Notes: generated by a model not told the origin, from the sequence alone. DNA of 64,000 bases from Akkermansiaceae bacterium (GCA_051251915.1 JBPOGF010000018.1:1-64000); one strand, 5' to 3'; counted from the stretch's first letter, positions 29,004-38,769 are shown. Numbers and translations are program-made.

Positions 29004-29885
29004 TTAGTGGGCTAGGCGGTCGAAGAGGGTGAAGTAGGAGTCGGCGGTGGAGGTGAGGGTGTAGTCTACGTGGCGGGAGGCGGCGAGGGTGCGGAGGGCT
29101 TTGGTGTGGCGGTTGAGTTCTGTTTCCCAGGCTTGTTTGATGTTGGTGGTGTGGATGGTGAGGGAGTCTGAGGTTTCCATGTCGTTGAATTTGGCTAGTC
29201 CGTGGTCGGTGATGTTGATTTCTCCAGGGTCTAGGATGTGGAAGAGGTGGATTCTGAAGCCTCGGTGGATGTAGGGGTTGAGGGACTGGAAGATGGCTGA
29301 TGGGTCCTCGAAGAAGTCTGAGAGGATGACGATGGTGCCTTTGTTTTTGATGAGTGGGTGGGCGCGTTTTAGGGAGTCTGCGAGTGAGGTTTGGGAGCCG
29401 GGTTGGTTGGTTTCTAGGAGGTTGAGGATGGCGTGGAGGTGTTTTCTGGTTGAGGATGGGGGGAGGTGGTGGCGGATGTCTTTGTCGAAAATCTGGAGGC
29501 CGACGCGGTCCTTTTTGCTGACGACTAGCCAGGCGAGGCAGGCGGCGAAGAATGAGGCGTATTCTAGTTTGTTGAGTTTGGCTTTGGCTTTGTCTTGGAA
29601 TCCCATGGATGCTGAGGAGTCGACGAAGATGGTGCATTCGAGGTTGGTTTCTTGCTCGAAGGTCTTGAGGTAGTGTCGGTCTGAGCGGGCGAAGACTCTC
29701 CAGTCGACCATGGAGGGGTCGTCTCCGGGGGTGTATTGGCGGTATTCGTGGAATTCTGTTGAGGAGCCGCGTTGTTTTGAGCGGTGTCTGCCTGAGAGGT
29801 ATCCTTCCACGAGAGCCTTAGCGCCGAACTCGTAGTTGCGGAGCTTGTTGATGTCTTCTGGTTTGAGGTATTTGAAGTTACTCAT
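29004..29885 (-). CDS. DUF58 family protein
   Basis: GRHRSKQRGSSTEFHEYRQYTPGDD...VDWRVFAR, DSSASM, ILSDFF. Confidence 0.9.
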   Translation of the reverse strand: MSNFKYLKPEDINKLRNYEFGAKALVEGYLSGRHRSKQRGSSTEFHEYRQYTPGDDPSMVDWRVFARSDRHYLKTFEQETNLECTIFVDSSASMGFQDKAKAKLNKLEYASFFAACLAWLVVSKKDRVGLQIFDKDIRHHLPPSSTRKHLHAILNLLETNQPGSQTSLADSLKRAHPLIKNKGTIVILSDFFEDPSAIFQSLNPYIHRGFRIHLFHILDPGEINITDHGLAKFNDMETSDSLTIHTTNIKQAWETELNRHTKALRTLAASRHVDYTLTSTADSYFTLFDRLAH

Positions 29886-29897
29886 GGGGTGAGGATT

Positions 29898-30893
29898 TTA
29901 GGCGAGTAATTTGGTGATGATGTCGTCTTCTGTGATGCCTTCTCCGGTGGCGTTGTAGTTGGGGGTGATGCGGTGGCGGAGGATGGGGAGGGCTGCGTCG
30001 TTTAGTTCATCGATGGATGCGGCGGGTTTTCCTCTGAGGAGGGCGAGTGCGCGGACGGCTTTGGCGAGGCACTGGGATGCGCGTGGGCCGGCGCCGTAGG
30101 AGATGTAGTTGTTTACGAAGTCTGAGGCGTGTTCTGAGCCTGGGCGGGTGGAGTGGGTGAGCTTGAGGATGGCTTTGATGACATTTTCTGGGAGAGGGAC
30201 TTCGATGGTGGCGTCTTGGAGGGCGATGACTGCTGCTGTGTCTAGGATGGGGTTGGCTGTGGGGAGGTCTTTGCCTGTGGTGAGGTTGACAATTTTTTCT
30301 TCTTCTTCGATGGATGGGTAGCCGATTTTGATGTTGTAGAAGAAGCGGTCGAGTTGGGCTTCTGGGAGTGGGTAGGTGCCTTCGTGCTCGATGGGGTTCT
30401 GGGTGGCGAAGACGATGAAGGGTTCTGCGAGTTTGCGGGTTTTGCCGGCGGTGGTGACTTGTTTTTCCTGCATGGCTTCTAACAGAGCGGCTTGGGTCTT
30501 GGGTGGGGTTCTGTTTATTTCATCTGCTAGGATGAGGTTGGAGAAGATGGGGCCTTCGGTGAACTCGAATGCGCGGTTGCCAGTGGAGTCTGTTTGGAGG
30601 ATTTCTGAGCCGATGATGTCGGCTGGCATGAGGTCTGGGGTGAACTGGATGCGCTGGAATTTAAGCCCGAGAATGTGGCCTAGGGTGGATGCTAGTAGTG
30701 TCTTGGCGAGTCCGGGGACACCTTCGATGAGGCAGTGGCCTTTGCAGAGGAGTGAGACGAGCATTTGCTCTACGACTTGGTCTTGGCCGACTATGACGCG
30801 GGCGGTTTCTTTGCGGATGTTAGAGACTTGGGTCTGGATGTGCTGCCACTGCTCGGCAGGGGCTGAGGTGGGTGTGGGATTAGTAGTGGTCAT
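29898..30893 (-). CDS. MoxR family AAA+ ATPase
   Basis: GVPGLAKT, RIQFTPDLMP, LADEINRTPPKTQ, ATQNPIE, LDRF. The start is placed at ATG 30893 to avoid overlap with the upstream gene. Confidence 0.93.
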   Translation of the reverse strand: MTTTNPTPTSAPAEQWQHIQTQVSNIRKETARVIVGQDQVVEQMLVSLLCKGHCLIEGVPGLAKTLLASTLGHILGLKFQRIQFTPDLMPADIIGSEILQTDSTGNRAFEFTEGPIFSNLILADEINRTPPKTQAALLEAMQEKQVTTAGKTRKLAEPFIVFATQNPIEHEGTYPLPEAQLDRFFYNIKIGYPSIEEEEKIVNLTTGKDLPTANPILDTAAVIALQDATIEVPLPENVIKAILKLTHSTRPGSEHASDFVNNYISYGAGPRASQCLAKAVRALALLRGKPAASIDELNDAALPILRHRITPNYNATGEGITEDDIITKLLA

Positions 30894-30906
30894 GGATTGT
30901 GAGTGG

Positions 30907-33900
30907 TTATTGTTCGTGCATGTATTGTAGATACTGGGCTTTGTATTGGTTGAGTTGTTCGACAGAGAAGTCATTAAAGCGTTCACGGTATTCTTCTAGT
31001 GCTGGTTGCAAGGAGATGATTTCGTTGATGAGTTTCTCGCGATGATCTTTGGTATTAGCTTGGGCGGCGAGGGTTTTTTCTAGTCCAGGTTTGTTGGTGG
31101 CGGTTAATAGGAGGTTGTTTTGAGTTGTGAAGGTTGCTAATTTATCGGCTGGGGGTTGAGTGGAATTGGTGAAGATGAGTGAGGTTGCTTCATCGGTGTT
31201 GTGGTCGTGTGCGGTGATGGCTGAGAAGGCGTCGATTTTGTCAGCGAGGAGGTCTTTTTGGGCGGCTTTTATTTCTTCTGATGCACTGGAGGATTGGTTG
31301 TAGATGCTAAGTTGTAGGCCTGGGAGTGTTCTTGGCTGGGTGATGACTATGGAGATGTTCGTGAAAGCGTCTGCATTTTCGAGGAGGATGGTGGCGAGTT
31401 GTTTGTAGGTGTCGGTATTTTTTTTCTTACCAATGATGGGCTGGAAGATGGATGTGAGTTGTTCTAGGTTTTCTGGTTGGTACATTGGGTCTACGGAACC
31501 GATACCCTGGATGAAGTCTTGCCCTTTGGTGAAGATGGCGTCTGCTTCTTCGCTGTCAGTTAGTTTGATTCTTTCTGAGTGGTTGAAGGCGAGGAGGGTT
31601 TGTCTTAGTTGTGCTGGGGCGACGGCATTGAGTGATTTTAGCATTTCAGTGAGGCGTTCTTCATTGATGGAATCTGGGTCTGGTAGCGGGGAGAGGGGGG
31701 TGCCGGCTAGGATGAGTTTGGAGCGTTCTCTGATGAGTTTATCGATGGTGTCTGGGCCGAGGGTTTCGAGTGATTCGTATTGCCATGCTGTGCGGTCAGG
31801 GTTGGTGAATTTGTCGAGGAGCATGCCGGCGACTGAGGAGATTTTTGAGCCATGGATATGGAGGTCTGAGAAGAGTAATTTCTCCCAAGCGGTCTGCTGT
31901 TCTGGGGTTAGGGTGGGTTTATTGGGATCAACGGTCTCCTTTTTGGCTTCTTGTGCTTTGTGGTTGCTGAGCATGGTGGATAGAGCTGCGCGGAGGTTTG
32001 CTCCGCTTGGGGATGATGAGGTTTTTCCGTTGCTGTAGGATGATTCTAGAAGGGTGGTGAGGATGTGCATTTGATCGATGGTTTCCTCTTTGTTTGCCGC
32101 GATCTGGATGAGTGGGTTGATGTATTCTGAGAGGGCTTGGCCTTCGTAGGCTGTGGAGAGTAGCTCCATGATTTGTTTTGCTTTGGCGTCTTTTTTGGCG
32201 AGGTCTGTTAGGAGTTTTTGTGGGTCGATCTCTTCGGTGTAGCTGGTGAGTGACTCGATGAATTTTTCTGCTCCTCCTGCATTTCTGACGCTGTAGTGGA
32301 TGGAGTTTGTGTTGGTGGTTTTTTCTGCGTTGATGAGGATGTCTTTGTACTTGGCGAGGAAATCTTTGGCTTTTGATTTGCGTTTTTTTACGTAGTATTT
32401 GACGATGTCTGCTTGGTAGCTGGGGCGTTGGTGGGTGAGGATGGTTTTTTCTAACAGTAATCTGCTTTCTGCTGTGTCTTGGTCCATCATGGACTGGATG
32501 AGGGCGGCAGTGTGAGACTGATTTCCTAATTCTAGGTAGTGGGTGATGAGGGCGGTTTTGGTGTCATTGCGGTGTTTTTTCCACCATTCGATAGCTAATG
32601 ACTTCAGCTGGGCGGGGGTCATTGCTGCTAGCATTTGGGAGTTGTGAGGGAGTGCTGACTGGATGATGCTGGTGGCTTTGGTGCCTCGTGTGGGAGGTTT
32701 AGCTAAGGCTTGGTATGCGGCTTGGGGGGATATGAAGTCATCATTGTAATAGTAGTTGGAGTAGTGAGAGTTGCCGTCGTTGTCGGCTTGGGGCATGAGT
32801 GTCTCGTCGCCTATCATGGAGGCAATGGCGATGAATCCGTCCATGCCATGATGAGTGAGTTGGATGAAGGGTGGGGCTTTAGGGTGTTTTTGGGTGGGGT
32901 TGATGACGAATAGATTGTTGGCGCTGTAGTATTCGTCTGTGTTTGCTGTGGGTTTGACTGTGGTATCGATGAGTTTCTGGATCTCTGGGCTGAAGGTGTG
33001 GCCTGGGATGGATGGTGTGGGGACGGGGAGATTTTTTACTCTGCTGAGGACTTGTGGGATGAGTATTTCTAGGCCGGGTTGGTTAGCCCATCCTCTGGGG
33101 TATTTCTTCTGGAGCGTGATAAGTGAGGTATGGAATTCTGACCAGTTTGTATTCTGAGTGAATTTAGCATGGACTGAATTGTATTCTCTGTTGGCTAGGT
33201 TGTTGATTAGGGTATTGATTATTTTTTCTGGGTCTTGTTGTTTGAGGAAGAGAGTTTTGATGAGCTTTGTGGCTTCTTTTTGGTGGCCGGCTTGGTGTGC
33301 TAGGACAGCAAAGCCTAGGGCTGCTGAGAATGTGGATTCTGAGTTGTATCCGAAAGGATCATGGGTTGTGTCGGCTTGAGCCCAGGTGAGTATGGATATT
33401 AGATCTTGGGATAGATCCGCAGTTGATATGGGGCCCCGGGTTGAGGTTTGTTGGGCTTGATTGGAGGTGGGTTTGAGGGTGGAGGGGAAGTAGTCGATTT
33501 CACAGCCTCCTAGGTAGATGAATCTGTCTGGTTTAGTTTTGTCTTTGGATGGGATATGGAATCCGTTGCCTTTGAGTTTTGGGATGTTGTCATCGTGGCT
33601 AGGGAAGCCGAATCCTGAGCAGGTCCATTCTAGGTTGCGGTCATTGACTTTCACGTATTTGATTCCTTCGGTATCTTTTATGTTAGGGAAGCCGATTTTG
33701 AGGAGTTCATCTATGGCCGGCGTGTAGTCTATGATGCGGTTGGGGGATTTTTTAGAGGGAGGGGCTGTGTTTGCTTGGCCTAGAGTTGTGGTGGGTATGG
33801 CTGTGATGAGGGTGATGAGGAGGTATAAAGTAGTAGGGATACACAGGGCGAAATTTCTGTGTAATTGAGATAGATACTTTGTGATATCTTTAAAAGATAG

Positions 33901-33918
33901 ACCGACACGGTAGTTCAT
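30907..33918 (-). CDS. Large exported hypothetical protein, first gene of the MoxR operon
   Basis: 1003-aa ORF with an N-terminal signal-like segment, codon bias matching its neighbours, and a stop 13 nt before the MoxR start. Confidence 0.7.
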   Translation of the reverse strand: MNYRVGLSFKDITKYLSQLHRNFALCIPTTLYLLITLITAIPTTTLGQANTAPPSKKSPNRIIDYTPAIDELLKIGFPNIKDTEGIKYVKVNDRNLEWTCSGFGFPSHDDNIPKLKGNGFHIPSKDKTKPDRFIYLGGCEIDYFPSTLKPTSNQAQQTSTRGPISTADLSQDLISILTWAQADTTHDPFGYNSESTFSAALGFAVLAHQAGHQKEATKLIKTLFLKQQDPEKIINTLINNLANREYNSVHAKFTQNTNWSEFHTSLITLQKKYPRGWANQPGLEILIPQVLSRVKNLPVPTPSIPGHTFSPEIQKLIDTTVKPTANTDEYYSANNLFVINPTQKHPKAPPFIQLTHHGMDGFIAIASMIGDETLMPQADNDGNSHYSNYYYNDDFISPQAAYQALAKPPTRGTKATSIIQSALPHNSQMLAAMTPAQLKSLAIEWWKKHRNDTKTALITHYLELGNQSHTAALIQSMMDQDTAESRLLLEKTILTHQRPSYQADIVKYYVKKRKSKAKDFLAKYKDILINAEKTTNTNSIHYSVRNAGGAEKFIESLTSYTEEIDPQKLLTDLAKKDAKAKQIMELLSTAYEGQALSEYINPLIQIAANKEETIDQMHILTTLLESSYSNGKTSSSPSGANLRAALSTMLSNHKAQEAKKETVDPNKPTLTPEQQTAWEKLLFSDLHIHGSKISSVAGMLLDKFTNPDRTAWQYESLETLGPDTIDKLIRERSKLILAGTPLSPLPDPDSINEERLTEMLKSLNAVAPAQLRQTLLAFNHSERIKLTDSEEADAIFTKGQDFIQGIGSVDPMYQPENLEQLTSIFQPIIGKKKNTDTYKQLATILLENADAFTNISIVITQPRTLPGLQLSIYNQSSSASEEIKAAQKDLLADKIDAFSAITAHDHNTDEATSLIFTNSTQPPADKLATFTTQNNLLLTATNKPGLEKTLAAQANTKDHREKLINEIISLQPALEEYRERFNDFSVEQLNQYKAQYLQYMHEQ

Positions 33919-34067
33919 TATGTTAAAGTAGGGATGTTACACTGGTATGACAATAGTAAATAGCGAACTCTGTAAATGGGTAGGCATGGGGAGTTGATGT
34001 TGTTTTTTGGGGTTTTCTGGGTGGACTGGTTCTTGACTAGTTGAGGATTCGGGAGTAGCTAAGAATC

Positions 34068-34568
34068 ATGCAGGAGAAATTAGAGATAGATTTGGGGCTG
34101 TTGCCAGAGGAGGGGAAAGCGTTTAGTGGAGAACTGGATCCTAAGGTTTTTGGGTTATCTGAGAAAGATGTTAAGGAGATGGGTGGGCTGGAGTATGATT
34201 TGTATGTGCAGAGGTTTGATGATGAACTTTTATTACGGGGATATTTAGGAGCTCCGTTCGAATTCACTTGTGTGCGGACAAATAAAAAATTTGTTCAGAC
34301 AATTTCTTTGGAAGAGGTTGCGGTGTCTATTGAGGTGGTTTCTGGAGTCATCGATGCCACTGAAGCCTTACGGGAGGAGGTTTTGATCAATTTTCCAAGT
34401 TATCCGAGATGCGATGAAGGGGATGAACCGATGGAATGTGAACTTGATGAGAGGTATTTAGCACTGGACAAACCACCCGAAGATAGTGTAAGTGATGCGC
34501 CCTCAGACGAGCAGGTTGATCAATGGTCAGCTCTCGACGGATTTAATCAATTTAAAGACAATCAATAA
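34068..34568 (+). CDS. yceD: YceD/DUF177 family protein
   Basis: Motifs FTCVRT, LREEVLINFP and QWSALD; directly upstream of rpmF. Confidence 0.8.
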   Translation: MQEKLEIDLGLLPEEGKAFSGELDPKVFGLSEKDVKEMGGLEYDLYVQRFDDELLLRGYLGAPFEFTCVRTNKKFVQTISLEEVAVSIEVVSGVIDATEALREEVLINFPSYPRCDEGDEPMECELDERYLALDKPPEDSVSDAPSDEQVDQWSALDGFNQFKDNQ

Positions 34569-34598
34569 TTACAACCACCGGATACCCGGTATACTATT

Positions 34599-34781
34599 AT
34601 GGCAGTACCTAAGCGTAGAACATCAAAGATGAAGCAGAAGATGCGTCGCGGCGCAAACCGCTGGAGAGCACCGTTACTAAAAACTTGCCCTGAGTGCAGC
34701 AGCCGTGTTCCTGGACACATTGCTTGCCCTTCATGTGGGTATTACCGTGAGCGTCAGATTCTTGACGTTGATGCTTTGTAA
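34599..34781 (+). CDS. rpmF: 50S ribosomal protein L32
   Basis: [10 protein letters not shown] start and zinc ribbon CPEC...[10 protein letters not shown]. Confidence 0.97.
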   Translation: MAVPKRRTSKMKQKMRRGANRWRAPLLKTCPECSSRVPGHIACPSCGYYRERQILDVDAL

Positions 34782-34871
34782 GGGCTTGCGCTATTTGTGT
34801 TCGCCCTTAATTAGAGTTTACGTTTCATGTAGGCTTGTTTTCTGGATGAATGCGAACAAATCTCTTTTAAT

Positions 34872-34908
34872 AACGTGGCGATAGTTTAATTACTATCGCG
34901 CGTTTTTT
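34872..34908 (+). terminator. Rho-independent terminator after rpmF
   Basis: AACGTGGCGATAGT-TTAATT-ACTATCGCGCGTT followed by a T run. Confidence 0.7.
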
Positions 34909-34947
34909 TGTGTTTAAATTTTCACTAATAACCGTTTTAATAATCAT

Positions 34948-35976
34948 ATGAAAATAGCTTTAGATGCCATGGGCGGGGACAATGCTCCCACAGTAAATGT
35001 AGTAGGAGCAAGAGAGGCGCTGGCGCTGTATCCTAGTATTGAGAAGATTTTTTTGGTGGGGGATAAGGATATTCTTGAGAAAGAATGTGCTGAGCAGAGC
35101 CTCAAGGATAAGCGAATTGAGATTGTCCATGCTTCACAGGTTGTGGAAATGCATGAGAGTGGGGCGAAGACGTTGCGGAGTAAGCGTGACTCGTCAATTT
35201 CTGTGGCTACTGGGCTGGTGAAGTCTGGTGATGCGGATGCGGTGGTGAGTGCTGGTAATACTGGTGCAGCGGTGGCTAATGCTACGTTAAAGTTACGGAC
35301 ACTTAAGGGTGTGGAGAGGGCTGGGATAGCATCTCCGTTGCCTAATGAGCATGGGATTTGTAATTTGCTGGATGCGGGTGCGAATCCGGAGGCGAAGCCT
35401 GAGCATTTGGTGGGTTATGCTGTGATGGGGGCGATGTATGCTAAGCATGTGCTTGGTGTGGCTGAGCCGTGTGTGGGGCTGATGTCTAATGGTGAGGAGG
35501 AGGAGAAGGGGACTCCGTTTACGAAGGAGACGTTTGCGTTGCTGAAGGCGATGGAGGCTACAGGTAAGGCTCCGTTTAAGTTCTTGGGGAACATTGAGGG
35601 TGGAGATCTTTATGAGACGAAGGTGGATGTGGCTCTTACGGATGGGTTTACGGGGAATATTATTTTGAAGAGTTGTGAGGCGACTGCGAAGGCGATGTCT
35701 AAGTGGTTGAAGCTGGAGTTTAAGCGTAAGCCGATGCGGGTGCTTGGTGCGGCGATGGCTAGTGGGGCTTTTAAGGCGGTGAAGCGCAGGAGTTCTTATG
35801 AGTATTATGGGGGGAGTCCTTTGTTGGGGATCAATGGGGTGGTGATTATTTCACATGGTGGGTCTTCCGCGCTGGCGATGCAGAATGCGATCCGTGGGGC
35901 GATGGAGGCTGTGGAGCAGGAGGTGAATCCTCATATTGAGGAAGTTTTGGAGAAGTTAGCGGTTAGCGGTGATTAG
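34948..35976 (+). CDS. plsX: Phosphate acyltransferase PlsX
   Basis: IALDAMGGDNAP, SAGNTGA, DGFTGN, YGGSPLLG. Confidence 0.96.
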   Translation: MKIALDAMGGDNAPTVNVVGAREALALYPSIEKIFLVGDKDILEKECAEQSLKDKRIEIVHASQVVEMHESGAKTLRSKRDSSISVATGLVKSGDADAVVSAGNTGAAVANATLKLRTLKGVERAGIASPLPNEHGICNLLDAGANPEAKPEHLVGYAVMGAMYAKHVLGVAEPCVGLMSNGEEEEKGTPFTKETFALLKAMEATGKAPFKFLGNIEGGDLYETKVDVALTDGFTGNIILKSCEATAKAMSKWLKLEFKRKPMRVLGAAMASGAFKAVKRRSSYEYYGGSPLLGINGVVIISHGGSSALAMQNAIRGAMEAVEQEVNPHIEEVLEKLAVSGD

Positions 35977-36017
35977 TGATCGGAGATCGGTGAGAGGATG
36001 TAGCGCTAAGTATAAGA

Positions 36018-36332
36018 ATGCCAAAGATCAAGCTGACACCTCAAGAGAAGAAGAGGCTGGCTTATCTTCGTGACCACTACTGTCGTGGGGGAGAGAGTAA
36101 GGTGGCGTGGAGGAGAGGTAAGCCTTTGAAGAAACGCAAGGCTAGGCATTCATACAGGCGAGAGCTCAAGATGGAGTTAGCGAAGCTCTCTCTAAATGAT
36201 AGTCCTGAGTTAACGGCGTGTCGGCGATACACGACGTGCCGACAGCGAGTGATCATCGATTGGGGTGTTCTTTCGTTGCGTGATTACGTCGATAAGGCAT
36301 TGTCTGGACAACGTAAGATTGCATCCAAATAG
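36018..36332 (+). CDS. Small basic hypothetical protein
   Basis: 104-aa Lys/Arg-rich ORF following plsX. Confidence 0.5.
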   Translation: MPKIKLTPQEKKRLAYLRDHYCRGGESKVAWRRGKPLKKRKARHSYRRELKMELAKLSLNDSPELTACRRYTTCRQRVIIDWGVLSLRDYVDKALSGQRKIASK

Positions 36333-36377
36333 AGAGCTAGTGGTAAAGGGGCTGGCTTGAATGGATGGGGAGATTAC

Positions 36378-37529
36378 TTAGTATTGTTCTAGATAGAGGA
36401 GGGGGGAGTTGTTTTGCCTACCAGGGAAGCCGTCTAGGCCGGGGCCTGATGGGTTGTTGGAGGGGGCTTCTGGTTCGAAGGCGGGTTTTCTTTGGCCTTT
36501 TTGGCCGCGTTGGGGTTTGGGGTCAATTTTGCCGTCGGCGTTGCGGTCTTCTCCTGGGGCTACATTGTTGAGGTAGTTGATGTTGTCTTTTCTGCCGTCG
36601 GCTACGTGTTGGCTGTAGACTTTGCGTTTTTCGGTTTTGGCGAATGCGGCGTTGGCTGCGAGTAGTGCTTGTTTGATGGTGTCTGGTGTGGCGTCTAGTG
36701 GTAATTCAGCTAGTGCGGTTCCGGTTTGGCCGTATTTGCCGGACTGGATGATGAAGATGCCGGTTTTTTTTGTGGCGTTGTTGATGGATTTTGCCCACTC
36801 GGTGTCTAGTTTTTCTGCGATGTCGTAGAAGAATCTGCCGGTAATTGATGGGTCGTTGAAGACGGTTTGGAGGTTTGCTTTGGCTGTTGGTAGCTGGGCG
36901 TTGGGGCTGACGGTGAAGACTAGTAGTCGCTGGTCAGCGGAGGCGGCGTTGAGTGCTTGTTTGAAGCTGTGGTAGTCTGTGAGTAGTGATTGGTTTACGC
37001 TGGCTGTTGGTTTGTATTTGGCTGCTAGGGCGTTCATGCTGGGGATGACGTCGTTGCCGAATGCGTGCTTGGGGCTTCTGCCTGATCTGGTGAGTCTGGT
37101 TTTGCCGTCTGGGGCGAAGACTACGAAGGCGGTGTTTTCCATTCTGCCGTTGAGTAGTGAGCGGATGAGGGATTGATTTTCTATGCTTTCATAGGTTCCT
37201 AGTCTTACGCAGACGAATTTTTTGGAGGCTGTGATGAATGATTTTTGAGAGAACAAACTGATCTCTGTGGACATGTAGCCGGGTCAGAATGTGCCTGAGA
37301 TGGAGCCACATTGGTGGGCTGCGGCCATGAATAGGATGGGGCGGTTGGAGCGTTTGGCTTCAGCTTTGGCGGAGTCCCAGGTGGAGTGCCAGACGACTGC
37401 TTCTGAGCCGATGGGGAGCTCGACGGCTCCAAGGTCACTGGGGCGTGGGCCCTGGGCGTGGAGGGTGGGAGTGAGTGCACTGAGGGCGATGGTGAGGAGG
37501 GTGACTTTGTATTTGGCTGGGACTTTCAT
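36378..37529 (-). CDS. Exported thioredoxin-fold protein, probable selenoprotein (in-frame TGA at 37286-37284)
   Basis: ORFs 37284-37574 and 36378-37274 share a frame and join as ...CGSISGTF-TGA-PGYMSTEISLF... There is a signal peptide and the Trx-like segments 'WDSAKAEAKRSNRPILF' and 'SKKFVCVRL'. Confidence 0.75.
37248..37266 (-). promoter_or_regulatory. Putative bacterial SECIS hairpin
   Basis: AGAGATCA-GTT-TGTTCTCT: 7 pairs plus one U-U mismatch, starting 18 nt after the in-frame UGA. Confidence 0.5.
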
Positions 37530-37593
37530 TGTGTTTATTAACTGTTGGGGGTGGGGAAAGTTCCGGAGAAACATGCTTTTTTTTGTTTGCTGG

Positions 37594-38769
37594 TTATTTG
37601 AGTTCTAGTTTTTCTAGGGTGTCTGGGTCGCTTTTTCCGGTGCTGGATGTTTCTAGGATGTGGAATTGGTGGCCCATGGTGGTGGGGTGGGTGAGGGTTT
37701 GGAATTGGCGGATGAGCTTGAAGTTTTCTGGGGTTAGATTTTCTTCTATGCTGAGGAGCCAGTTTTTGGCGTGGGTGGTGAGGTAGTGGGATTGGGATGA
37801 GAAGTGGGTGAGGTGTTGGTGGTGCTGGAGGTAAGTTTTTGCGAGTTGGGAGAAGTCGACGTGGGCGGTGATGTCTTTGAGGCCGGGGAGGAGTAGGGGG
37901 GCTTCATCGGCTTGGTGTTGGTGGTAGCATCTGAGGGTGCCGGTGCTGCGAGATGCGGCGTAGTAAGAGCTGGTGGTGTGGCCGTAGTCGATGGTGATGG
38001 TGTTGAAGTTTTCTAGCATTTGGGAGGTTTCTGCGATGTGGGTATCTAAGCCGGGGCGGTATTCTGTTTGGTAGTGGTCGGGGAGGGTTGTGACTGGGGG
38101 TAAGGTTTTGGTGAAATTTTCTAGTCCGATGTTAGGGGTAAGTTTTTGGCTGAGGGTGAAGGTTAATTTGTCATTTGTTATGGTGATGTTTTGCTGGTTC
38201 CAGGTGTTGTTTTCTAGTTGGAGGAGGTGGACTGGGAAGGCATCGATGAGTTCATTGCTGAGGATGATGCCGTTTTTTTCGGAGATTTGAGATGGTGATG
38301 TGTGGAGGGAGATTTTTTCTTTGTGGTCGGTTAGGGTTTGAGCTTGGGTTTTCTGGATGGTGTCGAGGTGTTCTATAATATGGTAGTGGAGGTTGGTGTA
38401 GAGGGGTGGGAATGTTTGTTGGATGGTGTTCAGGATATCGAGCGCGAGTTGGCCGTTGTTGGCGCCCATTTCGATGAGGTGGTAGGTTTGAGGTGAGTTG
38501 TTTTCTTGCCAGAGTTGGTGGATGCGGTGGGCTAGGATGGTGCCGAAGCATGATCCGACGCTAACGCTGGTGAAGAAGTCGCCTGCTTTGCCAACGTTTT
38601 GTGCGCCTCTGGTGTAGTAGCCCCATTGTGGGTGGTAGAGGGCGTGGTGCATGTACTCGAAAAACGAGATGTCGCCATTGTCCCGAATCCGCTGAGACAG
38701 AAAACTTTCTAATCTGAGGGTTGCGTCTTGAGCAATCTGGGGGTATGTATGATTTTGATCAGTGGACAT
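37594..38769 (-). CDS. SAM-dependent methyltransferase, MidA/NDUFAF7 family
   Basis: GYY...GDFFTSV, EMGANNGQLA, SNELIDAFP, DITAHVDF. Confidence 0.9.
   Translation of the reverse strand: MSTDQNHTYPQIAQDATLRLESFLSQRIRDNGDISFFEYMHHALYHPQWGYYTRGAQNVGKAGDFFTSVSVGSCFGTILAHRIHQLWQENNSPQTYHLIEMGANNGQLALDILNTIQQTFPPLYTNLHYHIIEHLDTIQKTQAQTLTDHKEKISLHTSPSQISEKNGIILSNELIDAFPVHLLQLENNTWNQQNITITNDKLTFTLSQKLTPNIGLENFTKTLPPVTTLPDHYQTEYRPGLDTHIAETSQMLENFNTITIDYGHTTSSYYAASRSTGTLRCYHQHQADEAPLLLPGLKDITAHVDFSQLAKTYLQHHQHLTHFSSQSHYLTTHAKNWLLSIEENLTPENFKLIRQFQTLTHPTTMGHQFHILETSSTGKSDPDTLEKLELK

Noticed and set aside
16791..38551. Dozens of 60-230-aa alternative-frame and antisense ORFs (for example 28945-29637, 28133-28777, 31409-32038)
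   Set aside because: They overlap well-supported genes, have low-complexity Pro/His/Arg- or Met/Ser/Val-rich composition, and are explained by the strand skew depleting stop codons.
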